From Actinomycetota bacterium (GTDB taxonomy: Bacteria; Actinomycetota; UBA4738; HRBIN12): 37,378 bases of DNA. Made by a program: the position numbers and the translations under genes. The DNA is taken from NCBI GenBank assembly GCA_050695275.1, contig JBOGVC010000094.1, forward strand, positions 1 through 37,378, in the 5' to 3' direction. Under the pieces are notes generated by a model. The model was not told the origin of the DNA. It did not search any database and saw nothing but the letters and a program-made list of their open reading frames with translations. Positions 7,268 to 16,208 of the stretch are shown piece by piece. Position 1 is the stretch's first letter, and each line of letters starts with the position of its first letter.

Positions 7268-8085
7268 AGGTCGCACCAGATCGTCGCGAGGCGCTGGGAC
7301 CCGGGCGGCCCGACGCTCCAGAGCCCTCCCCGTTCCGCGAGCCGCGTGCCCAGGGCCGAGGCGAGCTCGTCGTCGCGGGAGGAGGGAAGGCAGAGTCGCC
7401 GCCGGGCGAGCGCGAGCGCGTCGGCTCGCTCGGCGAACCCGCCCACCCCGGGCGAGGCCTCCCACCGCTCGAGGTTCGCATGGAGGCCGATCTCGCCCAG
7501 CACGTCCAGGGCGTCGTCCGAGCTCGGGCCGGTCGGCCGCTCGAGGCCGTGGAACCGCAGCCAGAGGTCGTCCATCCACGCGAGCGGGTGTCGATCCGTG
7601 AGCTCGAAGACGACCCGATGATCCGCGAGCGCGGCGATCCGGAGGACGAACGGCTCCACATCGGCGACGTTGTAGAGCACGTGTCCGGCGACGGCGACGT
7701 CCACCGCGTCGACCGTGTCCGCGACCTCGGGCCAGCGTCCGGGGACCGCGACGGCCGAGACACCTGCCGCACGGGCGTTCGCGAGGAAGCCGTCGAGCAT
7801 GTCCTCCTGTGCGTCAACACCGACGATGGTGCCCGCCCGCCCGGCGAGCGGGAGGGACGTGGCGCCGCCTCCGCACCCCACGTCGAGCACCCGCCCGGAT
7901 CCGGGAAGACGCTCGAGCGCCCTCGCGGTCGTCGGCGTCGTGCCCTCTCGGCCGGTGTCCCGCGCGCCTCGGGTACGGAACAGCTCGGTCGGGAACCCCC
8001 AGGGAGACTCGGGGGCAGCCGCGAGGATCTCGGGTGGGATCGCCCAGCGCTCCAGCTGCTCGCGCCAGCGCTCGACGGCCGTCAC
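7264..8085 (-). CDS. Class I SAM-dependent methyltransferase
   Basis: SAM-binding motif RVLDVGCGGGATSLPLAG...IVGVDAQEDML. I prefer GTG 8085 as the start because it overlaps the upstream CoA-transferase stop as GTGA. The track start is TTG 8097. Confidence 0.8.
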   Translation of the reverse strand: MTAVERWREQLERWAIPPEILAAAPESPWGFPTELFRTRGARDTGREGTTPTTARALERLPGSGRVLDVGCGGGATSLPLAGRAGTIVGVDAQEDMLDGFLANARAAGVSAVAVPGRWPEVADTVDAVDVAVAGHVLYNVADVEPFVLRIAALADHRVVFELTDRHPLAWMDDLWLRFHGLERPTGPSSDDALDVLGEIGLHANLERWEASPGVGGFAERADALALARRRLCLPSSRDDELASALGTRLAERGGLWSVGPPGSQRLATIWCDL

Positions 8086-9236
8086 CGCTCGCCCCAAGGA
8101 TCACGAAGGACCTCGTCCGTATGCTCGCCGAGGCGCGGGGGAGGCAGCTGTGTGTCCAGCTCCGTCCCGTCGAAGCGGATCGGGTTGCGCACGAGCCGCA
8201 GCGTGGTCCCGCGACCCGGGTCGGCCACCTCCTCGACCATCGCGGCCCCCTCGGGCGAGGAGAACACCTCGTCGATCGCGCGGATCGGAGCGGTGGGCAC
8301 AGCCGCGGCCTCGAGCGCGGTGAGCCACTCGGCGGCGGTCTTCGTCGCGAACGCGTCGGCGAGGAGCGGGATCAGCTCGTCTCGATGCCGGACCCGGTCC
8401 TCGTTCGTGGCGAACCGGGGATCGGTGGCCCACTCCGGGTGCCCGACCACCTCGCACGTCCGCCGGAACAGTCGATCGTTGGCGGCCGCCACGATGAACG
8501 GACGATCCGACGCGTGGAACGCCTGGTAGGGGCAGATGTTGGGGTGGGCCGTGCCCATCGGTTGCGCGACCACCCCACCGAGGAGGTGGTTGGCGGCCTG
8601 GTTGACCATCGCGGCCACGCCGGCGTCGAACAACGAGACGCTGATGTGGCGCCCGCGACCGGTCCGCGAACGCTCGTGGAGCGCCGCGAGGATGCCGATC
8701 GCCATGTCCAGGCCGGTGATCACGTCGAGGAGAGCGACCCCCACCTTCACCGGCTCCCCCTCGGGCTCCCCGGTCACGCTCATCAGGCCGGACAGCGCCT
8801 GGACGATGATGTCGTAGCCCGGGCGGCTCGCGCTCTCGGGGATCTCGTTGTTGAACGCCGTCAGCGAGCACGTGATCAGACGGGGAGCGGCCCTGCGGAG
8901 GTCGTCGAGCCCCAGCCCGAACTCGCTCATCAGCCCAGGTCGGAAGTTCTCGATCAGCACATCGGAGTCCGCGGCGAGGCGGCGGATGGCGTCGGCGCCC
9001 TCGTGAGACCGCAGATCCAACCCGACGGATCGCTTGTTCCGATTGAGTGCCAGGTAGTACGCGGCATCGTCCCCCACGAACGGCGGCCCCCACTGTCGCG
9101 TGTCGTCGCCCTGCCCCGGGCGCTCGATCTTGATCACGTCCGCGCCGAGGTCACCCAGGATCTGGGTCGCCAGGGGTCCGGCGAGCACGCGCGAGAGGTC
9201 GAGGATGCGGCAGCCGGAGAGCGGGAGGTCGTCCAC
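8082..9236 (-). CDS. Family III CoA-transferase (CaiB/BaiF type)
   Basis: PLSGCRILDLSRVLAGPLATQILGDLGADVIKIERPGQGDDTRQWGPPF is the canonical family III N-terminus. I prefer the start GTG 9236 (VDDLPLSG...). The alternative is TTG 9299. Confidence 0.88.
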   Translation of the reverse strand: MDDLPLSGCRILDLSRVLAGPLATQILGDLGADVIKIERPGQGDDTRQWGPPFVGDDAAYYLALNRNKRSVGLDLRSHEGADAIRRLAADSDVLIENFRPGLMSEFGLGLDDLRRAAPRLITCSLTAFNNEIPESASRPGYDIIVQALSGLMSVTGEPEGEPVKVGVALLDVITGLDMAIGILAALHERSRTGRGRHISVSLFDAGVAAMVNQAANHLLGGVVAQPMGTAHPNICPYQAFHASDRPFIVAAANDRLFRRTCEVVGHPEWATDPRFATNEDRVRHRDELIPLLADAFATKTAAEWLTALEAAAVPTAPIRAIDEVFSSPEGAAMVEEVADPGRGTTLRLVRNPIRFDGTELDTQLPPPRLGEHTDEVLRDPWGER

Positions 9237-9244
9237 CGAAGCCG

Positions 9245-9250
9245 AGCCTA
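9245..9250 (-). promoter_or_regulatory. -10-like hexamer TAGGCT, 8 nt upstream of GTG 9236
   Basis: TANNNT pattern on the minus strand. The spacing is slightly long for a strictly leaderless start. Confidence 0.25.
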
Positions 9251-9316
9251 GCGGCCCGACGTGGTGCCCTTCCGCACAACTGGCGCAGCGAGCAGACAAT
9301 CAGGCAGAATCCAGCT

Positions 9317-10000
9317 GTGAACGAGCAGAGCCTCGAGCGCGTCAATGCGTTCCTCGCCGCAGTTGCCCAGCGCACCCAGAAGGGCGAACTGCTGGAAGCC
9401 ACGCCTGCTGAGCTGGGAAGGGAACTGGGCTTCCCGGATCCATTGTCGATCGCGCGCGCAGTCAGGGCGCTCGTCGCTCGGCGCCGGCTCGAGCCGGCCG
9501 GGGGTTCGTACCGCTTGTTGGACGAGACGCCCGTGGCGGCCGGTGAGCGAGAGACGATCGAGCGCAAGAGCCGGCGGAGCAAGAAGCGGCCGGACGATGC
9601 CCAGCCGGGACGCCGGAGCGGCGGCCTGGCGTACTCCGACATGGGGCGGGCCACCGTGGACCGCTTGGTGGAGCTGAGTCAGGAGGTCTCGCAGCTCAGG
9701 GCTCAGCTCAAGACGTCACGCGAAGAGGCCCGGGAGAGCCGGGAGATGCGGGTGGAGGCGGAGGGACGGGCGCGGACGTTCGCCGAGCGGGCCCGGGAGC
9801 TGGAGCACCGGGCGGAGATGGCCGAGTCGAACCTGAGGACGCTGCTCGCCTCGGCACGTGCGACGGGGATGCATCCCGACCAGCGGCTCCCGGACTCCGA
9901 GATGGAAGCGATCCTCGGCGTGCTCAAGGGCAACGGCGATCACGCGGCCGCCGAAGAACAGCCTGTCGGGTCCGAGGCCGATGAGGGTGCCGAGGGCTAG
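9317..10000 (+). CDS. Hypothetical protein: N-terminal winged-helix-like segment, basic linker, C-terminal coiled coil
   Basis: High GC3 in this frame. N-terminus LEATPAELGRELGFPDPLSIARAVRALVARRRLEP (HTH-like); basic KSRRSKKRPDD; heptad-like charged region LRAQLKTSREEARESREMRVEAEGRARTFAERARELEHRAEMAESNLRTL. No family recognised. Confidence 0.6.
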   Translation: MNEQSLERVNAFLAAVAQRTQKGELLEATPAELGRELGFPDPLSIARAVRALVARRRLEPAGGSYRLLDETPVAAGERETIERKSRRSKKRPDDAQPGRRSGGLAYSDMGRATVDRLVELSQEVSQLRAQLKTSREEARESREMRVEAEGRARTFAERARELEHRAEMAESNLRTLLASARATGMHPDQRLPDSEMEAILGVLKGNGDHAAAEEQPVGSEADEGAEG

Positions 10001-10020
10001 CGCGACCGCCGCCCGCTAGC
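9996..10020. terminator. Palindromic hairpin GCTAGCG-N11-CGCTAGC embedding both convergent TAG stop codons
   Basis: 7-bp perfect stem read at 9996-10002 and 10014-10020. No U-tract on either side. Confidence 0.3.
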
Positions 10021-11164
10021 GAGCGGCGAGCTCCGCCTCGTAGCAAGCGGCGAGGTGCCCTGGAGCGAGCTCCCCCAGCCCGAGGTCCTCCCCGGTGCAG
10101 CGCTGCTCGATGCCGAGCGTCGCCGCCCGACCCGACGCCACGACCGGGCATCGAGGGTGGAACCGGCAGCCGGGAGGCACGCGCGTCGGGTCGGGTGGCT
10201 CACCGATGAGGATCGGGCGGTCGATCCCTCCAGCCTCCGGGACGACGTCGAGCAACGCCTTCGTGTAGGGGTGCCGAGGCCTGAGCAGCACCTCCTCGGC
10301 GGGGCCGATCTCGACGATCCTCCCGAGGTACATCACCGCCACACGGTCCGCCACGGTCCACGCGAGACCCAGGTCGTGCGTGACGATCAGGATCGACAAT
10401 CGGAGGTCGTCGCGGAGCTTGAGCAGGAGCTGGAGGATCTCTCCTCGCACCGACGCGTCCAGGTTCGAGACGGGCTCGTCCGCGACGATCACCTTCGGGT
10501 CGAGCACCAACGCGCCGGCGATGACCACCCGTTGTCGCTGGCCACCCGAGAGCTCGTGCGGGTAGAGCAGGTAGAAGCGCTCGGGCGGCCGCATCCCCGC
10601 TCGCGAGAGCGCCTGGGCCACGAGCTGCTCCTCCGTCTCGCCGTCCGGTCCCTCGTGGATCTTGTGGATCCGGAGGCCCTCGGCCACGCTCTCGTAGATC
10701 GTCTGCCGCGGATTGAGGGACGCGGTCGGGTCTTGGAAGACCATCTGCACCTCGCGACGGTATGCCTGGAGCTTCCGCCCCAGCGGCACACCCCGGAAGG
10801 AGATGTCGCCTGCGTTCGGCCGGACGAGACCCATGATCGCCCTCGCGAGGGTGGTCTTCCCGCATCCCGACTCGCCGGCGAGCGCCAGCACCTCGCCCTC
10901 GTGAAGGGTCAGGTCCACACCGTCCACCGCCCGAGCGACCCGACTCGTGGGGCCCCGGGAGGGCGGAGGAACACGCCCTGCGAGCCCCGGTTCCGCCGCG
11001 CCGTCCACCCGCAGCTCGCCTTCGAGCAGCGTGGACACCGCGCTCGGTTTCGCCTGCCGCCCGAAGAGGCGCGAGCGCCCGGTGAAGCGGACCTCGAGGC
11101 CCCGTACGTCGATGATCGGTTCGCCGACGGCCGTCGTGTCCACACCGGTCCCTATCGCGTTCAC
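10016..11164 (-). CDS. Peptide/nickel-type ABC transporter ATP-binding protein (OppF/DppF-like)
   Basis: Walker A GESGCGKTT, signature LSGGQRQR, Walker B VIVADEPVSNLD, C-terminal HPYTKALL...PPGCRFHPRCP. The start was moved to GTG 11164, which overlaps the upstream stop as GTGA. Confidence 0.9.
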   Translation of the reverse strand: MNAIGTGVDTTAVGEPIIDVRGLEVRFTGRSRLFGRQAKPSAVSTLLEGELRVDGAAEPGLAGRVPPPSRGPTSRVARAVDGVDLTLHEGEVLALAGESGCGKTTLARAIMGLVRPNAGDISFRGVPLGRKLQAYRREVQMVFQDPTASLNPRQTIYESVAEGLRIHKIHEGPDGETEEQLVAQALSRAGMRPPERFYLLYPHELSGGQRQRVVIAGALVLDPKVIVADEPVSNLDASVRGEILQLLLKLRDDLRLSILIVTHDLGLAWTVADRVAVMYLGRIVEIGPAEEVLLRPRHPYTKALLDVVPEAGGIDRPILIGEPPDPTRVPPGCRFHPRCPVVASGRAATLGIEQRCTGEDLGLGELAPGHLAACYEAELAAR

Positions 11165-12147
11165 GATGATGCCTCCGCCGGGGACGGCGCCCCTTCCACG
11201 TGGATGCAGGCTGCCCGCCTGCGTTCGCCAGCGGCCCACAGCTCCACGTCGAGCGAAGGGCACACGGCGATGGCTTCGGAGCATCGAGGATGGAAGGGAC
11301 ACCCGGACGGGATCTGTTGTGGATCCGGCGGATCGCCGCCGAGACCGGAAGGTTTGCGACGGAACTGCTCATCGCCGATCTCCGGGAACGCGCCGGCGAG
11401 GGCCTTCGTGTAGGGGTGCTGCGGGGAGTGGAAGACGTTCTCTGCCGGGCCCTCCTCGACGATCAGGCCGGCGTACATGATCGCGATGCGGTCGGCCACC
11501 TCGACGAGCACTGACAGGTCGTGCGTGATGAACAACATGGCGAGACCCAGCTCTCGTTGGAGCGACTTGAGGAGCTTCAGGACCTGCGCCTGCACCATCA
11601 CGTCGAGTGCCGTGGTGGGTTCGTCGGCGATCACGAGCGAGGGGTTGCAGGCGAGCGCCATCGCGATCATCACGCGCTGCTTCTGCCCGCCGGAGAGCTC
11701 GTGCGGGTAGTCGTCGATGCGTCTGCCGGGCAGCCCCACCTGTTCGAGGAGCTCGGCGGTGCGCACCCTCGCTTCCCGCTCGCCGGCGAGCTTGTGCACC
11801 GTGATGGCCTCGGCGACCTGATCCCCGATCCGTCGGACGGGATTCATCGCGTGCAGCGCCCCCTGGAAGATGATCGACGCCCCGGTCCATCGGACCGCCC
11901 GCAGTCGCCCGGGCCTCATCGAGAGCACGTCGTCGCCGTCGAGGAGGATGCTCCCCTCGATCAGCGTCTTCGGCGCATGCAGTCGAAGGATCGCCCCCCC
12001 GATCGTCGATTTGCCGCAACCGGACTCGCCCGCCAGTCCGAGCACCTGCCCACGGTCGATGTCGAGATCGACACCACGGACGGCCGGGACGTCACCGGCC
12101 TTGGTCCGGTACGTGACCTTGAGATCGCGCAGCGAGAGGACGCTCAC
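11161..12147 (-). CDS. Peptide/nickel-type ABC transporter ATP-binding protein (OppD/DppD-like)
   Basis: Walker A GESGCGKST, LSGGQKQR, LVIADEPTTALD, HPYTKALAGA...SGCPFHPRC. Confidence 0.92.
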   Translation of the reverse strand: MSVLSLRDLKVTYRTKAGDVPAVRGVDLDIDRGQVLGLAGESGCGKSTIGGAILRLHAPKTLIEGSILLDGDDVLSMRPGRLRAVRWTGASIIFQGALHAMNPVRRIGDQVAEAITVHKLAGEREARVRTAELLEQVGLPGRRIDDYPHELSGGQKQRVMIAMALACNPSLVIADEPTTALDVMVQAQVLKLLKSLQRELGLAMLFITHDLSVLVEVADRIAIMYAGLIVEEGPAENVFHSPQHPYTKALAGAFPEIGDEQFRRKPSGLGGDPPDPQQIPSGCPFHPRCSEAIAVCPSLDVELWAAGERRRAACIHVEGAPSPAEASS

Positions 12148-12151
12148 CCGC

Positions 12152-13105
12152 TCACCGCTCTCTGATCCTCGGGTTCAGCACTTCGTCGAGGGCGTACCCG
12201 CACATCGTGAACGCGAGGGTCACGAGACAGATGCACACGCCCGGCGGGACCAGCCACCACCACAGTCCAGCCGAGAGTGCGCCTTGTTCGAAGGCGTCGA
12301 AGATCATCACGCCCCAGGACGTGCTCAAGGGGTCGCCGAGGCCGAGCAACGCGAGCGTAGTCTCGGCCAGGATCGAGAGCGCGACCGTGAGCACGGTATT
12401 CGCGAAGATCACCGGCATCACGTTCGGCAGGATGTGCCGGGTCACCAGGTGCCAATTGCTCGCGCCCAGCGCTCGCGCACGCTCCACGTATGGGCGTTCC
12501 TTGACCGAGAGCGTGTCCGCCCGGACCAACCGAGCCGTCCCTGCCCAAGAGGTGATGCCGATGACCAGGATCGTGTTGAACAAGGATCGCCCAAGGACCG
12601 ATGCGAGGACGATCGCGAGCGGGATCCATGGGATCACGAGGAACCAGTTCGTGAACGCGTTCATGATGCTGTCGACGCGACCTCCGTAGTAGCCGCCCGT
12701 GATCCCGACGGCGGTTCCGACGGTCATCGTCATCACGGTCGCGGCGAATCCGACGAGGAGCGAGATGCGCGAGCCGTAGATCACGAGATCCAGGACCGAA
12801 CGCCCGAAGTCATCGGTCCCGAGTGGGAATTCCGCCGACGGAGACTCGAACGGAAGCCCCGAGGGACTCGACACGCTGAGCTCCTCGTCGGAGACGAAGA
12901 GCGGCGCGGTGAATGCCAACAGCGCGAAGACCCCCAGAAGCACGAGCCCGACCATCCCCATCCGGCTCGAGCGGTAGACCCTCCAGAACCCGGAGAGCGC
13001 CCGGCGTCGCCGGGCCCGTCGGATCTTCTTCGGGTCCCGTGAGGGAGGCGGCGCGGCGACCTCCGTCCCCACGGCAACCTCGGAGGGCTGGCGTGGCTCG
13101 ATCAC
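12152..13105 (-). CDS. ABC transporter permease (OppC/DppC-like)
   Basis: Six hydrophobic segments. Binding-protein-dependent transport loop VERARALGASNWHLVTRHILPNV. Confidence 0.9.
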   Translation of the reverse strand: MIEPRQPSEVAVGTEVAAPPPSRDPKKIRRARRRRALSGFWRVYRSSRMGMVGLVLLGVFALLAFTAPLFVSDEELSVSSPSGLPFESPSAEFPLGTDDFGRSVLDLVIYGSRISLLVGFAATVMTMTVGTAVGITGGYYGGRVDSIMNAFTNWFLVIPWIPLAIVLASVLGRSLFNTILVIGITSWAGTARLVRADTLSVKERPYVERARALGASNWHLVTRHILPNVMPVIFANTVLTVALSILAETTLALLGLGDPLSTSWGVMIFDAFEQGALSAGLWWWLVPPGVCICLVTLAFTMCGYALDEVLNPRIRER

Positions 13106-13106
13106 A

Positions 13107-14075
13107 TCATCCCTCCTTCACCCGTGGGTCCAGGTAGCCGTAGAGGATGTCCGCGAGCAGGTTGAACAGGATCACGGCCGCACTTGACAGGAGGAAGACT
13201 GCCTGGATCACCGGGTAGTCGTTCGCCTCGATCGCGGCGTAGGTAAGCTGGCCCAGCCCCGGCCACGAGAACACCTCTTCGATGATGACGGCGCCTCCGA
13301 GGATGAAGCCCACGCTGTAGAACGCGAGGGTGAGTGTGGGGAGCAGTGCGTTCGGCACGGCGTGTCGACGGCGCACGTCCTTGTCACGCACGCCTTTCGC
13401 GCGAGCGGTCTGGACGAAGTCCTCGCCCATCACCTCGAGGAGCGACGACCGCATGATGATCGCGAATTCCCCGATGTACCCGAGCGTGAGCGTCAGGCAC
13501 GGCAGGATCAGATGTTTCGCCACGTCGGCGAAGTGCTCGAACCCGGAGAGCTGCTCGCTCGACTGGTACCCCCCTGCCGGAAGCCAGCCGAGCGTGCCTG
13601 TGAACAGGATCAACAGCATCATGCCGAGCCAGCCCTCCGGCATCGAGTACAGGGTGAGGGAGCCCAGCAAACTCCCGGTGTCGAAGGTGCTCCCACGGCG
13701 CCACGCACCCTTGATCCCGATCAATACGCCGAAGATCGTCGAAAGGATAGTTGCGATCCCGACGAGCACGATCGTGGGCCATACCTTTTCCGCGACCGAC
13801 TTGATCACAGGCCGGCCGGAGATGAACGAATACCCGAACTCACCTCGCATCGTGTCGCCGAGGTAGTTCACGAACTGTGCCGGAAGTGGATCGTCGATCC
13901 CGAATTCCTCGCGGAGGGCCTCCTGTTCCTGCGGGTCGAGGTGCAGGCTGCTCCGGGTCAGGAGCTTGACGGGATCGCCGATCGCGCGGAAGAGCACGAA
14001 GTTGAACGCAAGCACGAAGGCCAGGGTCGCGAGCGCGTGCAGCACGTGGCGGACCAGGTACCGCCGCGATCCCAA
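13107..14075 (-). CDS. ABC transporter permease (OppB/DppB-like)
   Basis: DPRVK C-terminus and FVQTARAKGVRDKDVRRRHAVPNALLP loop. TTG start with GGAGG 7 nt upstream. Confidence 0.9.
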   Translation of the reverse strand: MGSRRYLVRHVLHALATLAFVLAFNFVLFRAIGDPVKLLTRSSLHLDPQEQEALREEFGIDDPLPAQFVNYLGDTMRGEFGYSFISGRPVIKSVAEKVWPTIVLVGIATILSTIFGVLIGIKGAWRRGSTFDTGSLLGSLTLYSMPEGWLGMMLLILFTGTLGWLPAGGYQSSEQLSGFEHFADVAKHLILPCLTLTLGYIGEFAIIMRSSLLEVMGEDFVQTARAKGVRDKDVRRRHAVPNALLPTLTLAFYSVGFILGGAVIIEEVFSWPGLGQLTYAAIEANDYPVIQAVFLLSSAAVILFNLLADILYGYLDPRVKEG

Positions 14076-14093
14076 CCTCTGACCTCCGCCTTC

Positions 14094-14110
14094 TCGGCCC
14101 GCTCGGCCGA
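14094..14110 (-). promoter_or_regulatory. Intercistronic stem-loop between the binding-protein and permease genes
   Basis: UCGGCC-GAGCG-GGCCGA (6-bp stem) lies 3 nt after the SBP stop. There is no U-tract. This is the position where ABC operons often carry mRNA-stabilising or attenuating hairpins. Confidence 0.3.
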
Positions 14111-14112
14111 AC

Positions 14113-15954
14113 CTACGCCTCGTCCTCCTCGCTGCGCCTGCGACCCATCACCACGAAGGCGGCAACCGCGATCACGACGATGGCGCCGATCGCGACGAGG
14201 AGGCCGGTGGACATGCCCCCCTCATCGGCGACGTTGCCTCCGGGCCCCCCGCCCGACACGGGCTGGAGGTTCATATAGGAGTCCACCCGCCAGGCGAAGA
14301 TCGGCGCGCCGCCGTTCGTGGGCGAGTTCACGTAGCCCTCGAACGTGTCGGTCCGATACGCGTGCAGGAGCTCCGGATAGACGAGCGCGATCTCGGGGAT
14401 CTCGTCGTAGTGGATCTGTTGGAACTCATGGACGATCGCCTGACGCGCCTCTCGATCGAACGTCTGCCGCTGCTCGGCGTAGAGCTGGTCGAGCTCTTCG
14501 TTCACGTAGCAGCCGTCGCTCCATCCGAGGCACTGGTCCGACGTGTAGATCGACATGTTGAAGTCCGGATCCGGGTCGCCGCCCCAGCTCCAGATGTAGG
14601 CGTCGAACGTGCCGTTCTCCCACTCGACGTACGCCTTGCTCTCGCTCACGACCCGGACGTCGAACTGGATGCCGATGTCCTCCATCCAGCCCGCCATCAG
14701 CTCGCCGGATCGGGCGGATCCTCGGGAGTTGTTGAGCGCGACGATGTCGAGCACGAGCGGTTCCCCGCTCTCCGGGTCGATCCGGACACCATCGGCGGTC
14801 CGTTCGGTGTACCCCGCCTCATCGAGGATCCGGTTCGCCTCGTCGAGGTCGAAGGCGTATTCCTCCTCGGCGGGGATATCGAGGTGCCAGAACGCCTTGT
14901 CGGGTGAGATGAACGTGTCCGCGGGTTGTGCAGCGCCCTGGAAGACCACCTCTGCGAGCGCTTCCTTGTCGATCGCGTGCGCGATCGCCAACCGCACCGC
15001 GTGATCGTGCAACGCCGGGTGGTTCGTTTCCTGGGTCGCGGGCGGCGTCCCGTACACCTTCGGATGCGCTTCCGCCTGACCGCCGAAGTTGAAGGCGAGG
15101 TTCGTGTGGTAGTCGGCGGCCTCCTCGACGATCCCGATGTTCTCGTCGCTTTCGAGGCTGTTCACGAGCGTGGGCGGGAGGTCGTAGGCGTAGTCGATGT
15201 CGCCCGCCTTCAGAGCCTGGACCATCGCCTCGTCGTTCCCGAAGACCGTGTACACGATCTCGTCGATCGTCGGATCCCCGAAGAAGTGCCCCTCGACCGC
15301 CTCCATCCGGAAGAACTGACCCGTTTCCCATTCCGTGAGCTGGAACGGTCCGGACCCGATCGCGGGGATCTCCTCGAAGGCACGGATCTCCTTCGCGGGC
15401 ACGCCGTCGAGCGGTCCCCAGATGTGCTCGGGAAGGATCGGGATGTACGGAGGAACCGTCGGAGCGAGCGTCGGCTCCTCCGACGTCCAGATGAGCTGGT
15501 TGTCCTCGGTCGCCTCGAACGTGGGATCGAAGGGGAGGTAGTCCGAGAACGTCGAGAGCCCGTTGTCCAGGATGAAGCGGTACGTGAACGCGATGTCGGC
15601 AGCCGTGAGCGGTTGGCCGTCGTGCCATGTGACGTCGTCCCTGATCTGGCACGTCCAGGTCATGTAGTCCTCGCTGGGCTCGCAGCCGGGTTCCTCGACG
15701 AGCTCGGGCACCGGTGAGAGGTCCGCGGCGGCGAAGCCGTACAACATGTTGTAGTTCAACAGCAGCATCTCGTACTCGGCGCTGCAGCACGCCTTGAACG
15801 GGTTGGCGGAGACCATGTCGCTCGTGGTGCCGACGTTGAACGTGATCTTCTCGTCATCGGGAGACGCGGATTGCCCGAAGGCCGATCCGGCCAACCCGAT
15901 CATGACCGCCGTTGCCACCGCAAGCGTGAGCGACGTCCGACGCAGTCCCTTCAT
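14113..15954 (-). CDS. ABC transporter substrate-binding protein, family 5 (peptide/nickel), with a C-terminal hydrophobic anchor
   Basis: ATG 15954 is preceded by GGAAGGGGG (5-nt spacer). Signal peptide MKGLRRTSLTLAVATAVMIGLAGSAFG. The ~560-aa body is typical of family-5 SBPs. The C-terminus is GGMSTGLLVAIGAIVVIAVAAFVVMGRRRSEEDEA. Confidence 0.88.
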   Translation of the reverse strand: MKGLRRTSLTLAVATAVMIGLAGSAFGQSASPDDEKITFNVGTTSDMVSANPFKACCSAEYEMLLLNYNMLYGFAAADLSPVPELVEEPGCEPSEDYMTWTCQIRDDVTWHDGQPLTAADIAFTYRFILDNGLSTFSDYLPFDPTFEATEDNQLIWTSEEPTLAPTVPPYIPILPEHIWGPLDGVPAKEIRAFEEIPAIGSGPFQLTEWETGQFFRMEAVEGHFFGDPTIDEIVYTVFGNDEAMVQALKAGDIDYAYDLPPTLVNSLESDENIGIVEEAADYHTNLAFNFGGQAEAHPKVYGTPPATQETNHPALHDHAVRLAIAHAIDKEALAEVVFQGAAQPADTFISPDKAFWHLDIPAEEEYAFDLDEANRILDEAGYTERTADGVRIDPESGEPLVLDIVALNNSRGSARSGELMAGWMEDIGIQFDVRVVSESKAYVEWENGTFDAYIWSWGGDPDPDFNMSIYTSDQCLGWSDGCYVNEELDQLYAEQRQTFDREARQAIVHEFQQIHYDEIPEIALVYPELLHAYRTDTFEGYVNSPTNGGAPIFAWRVDSYMNLQPVSGGGPGGNVADEGGMSTGLLVAIGAIVVIAVAAFVVMGRRRSEEDEA

Positions 15955-16208
15955 CGCAGCCCCCTTCCAAGGTGGATCTCTGCTCCGCTCGAGCCTGGAC
16001 CTCGTCTCGTTGGGGTGCATCCGGATCGCGGCGCACCCTCCCGCCGGGCTTTGAACGCTCGGTCAGTCGAGAGGGTCTGTATAGCATCGAGGGCGCGGAA
16101 GCGCCAGGCAGGGTCGGCGCTCTTCGGCTCAACACCCATGGGCCTCTCGCTTCCCTCGCAGGGGCTCCGGCTTGTTCCCGATCCGCTCGTTCTGCTTAGC
16201 TCCCAGGC

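Noticed and set aside
15955-16208. The 254-bp divergent spacer between the ABC operon and serA, examined for a riboswitch, T-box or leader peptide. It contains a GGCGC-GGAA-GCGCC tetraloop hairpin at 16092-16105 and an AT-richer patch TGTATAGCAT at 16078-16087.
   Set aside because: I could not recognise any conserved riboswitch core or a convincing -35/-10 pair by eye. The hairpin is short. It is worth an Rfam/cmscan search, but there is no claim I can support.
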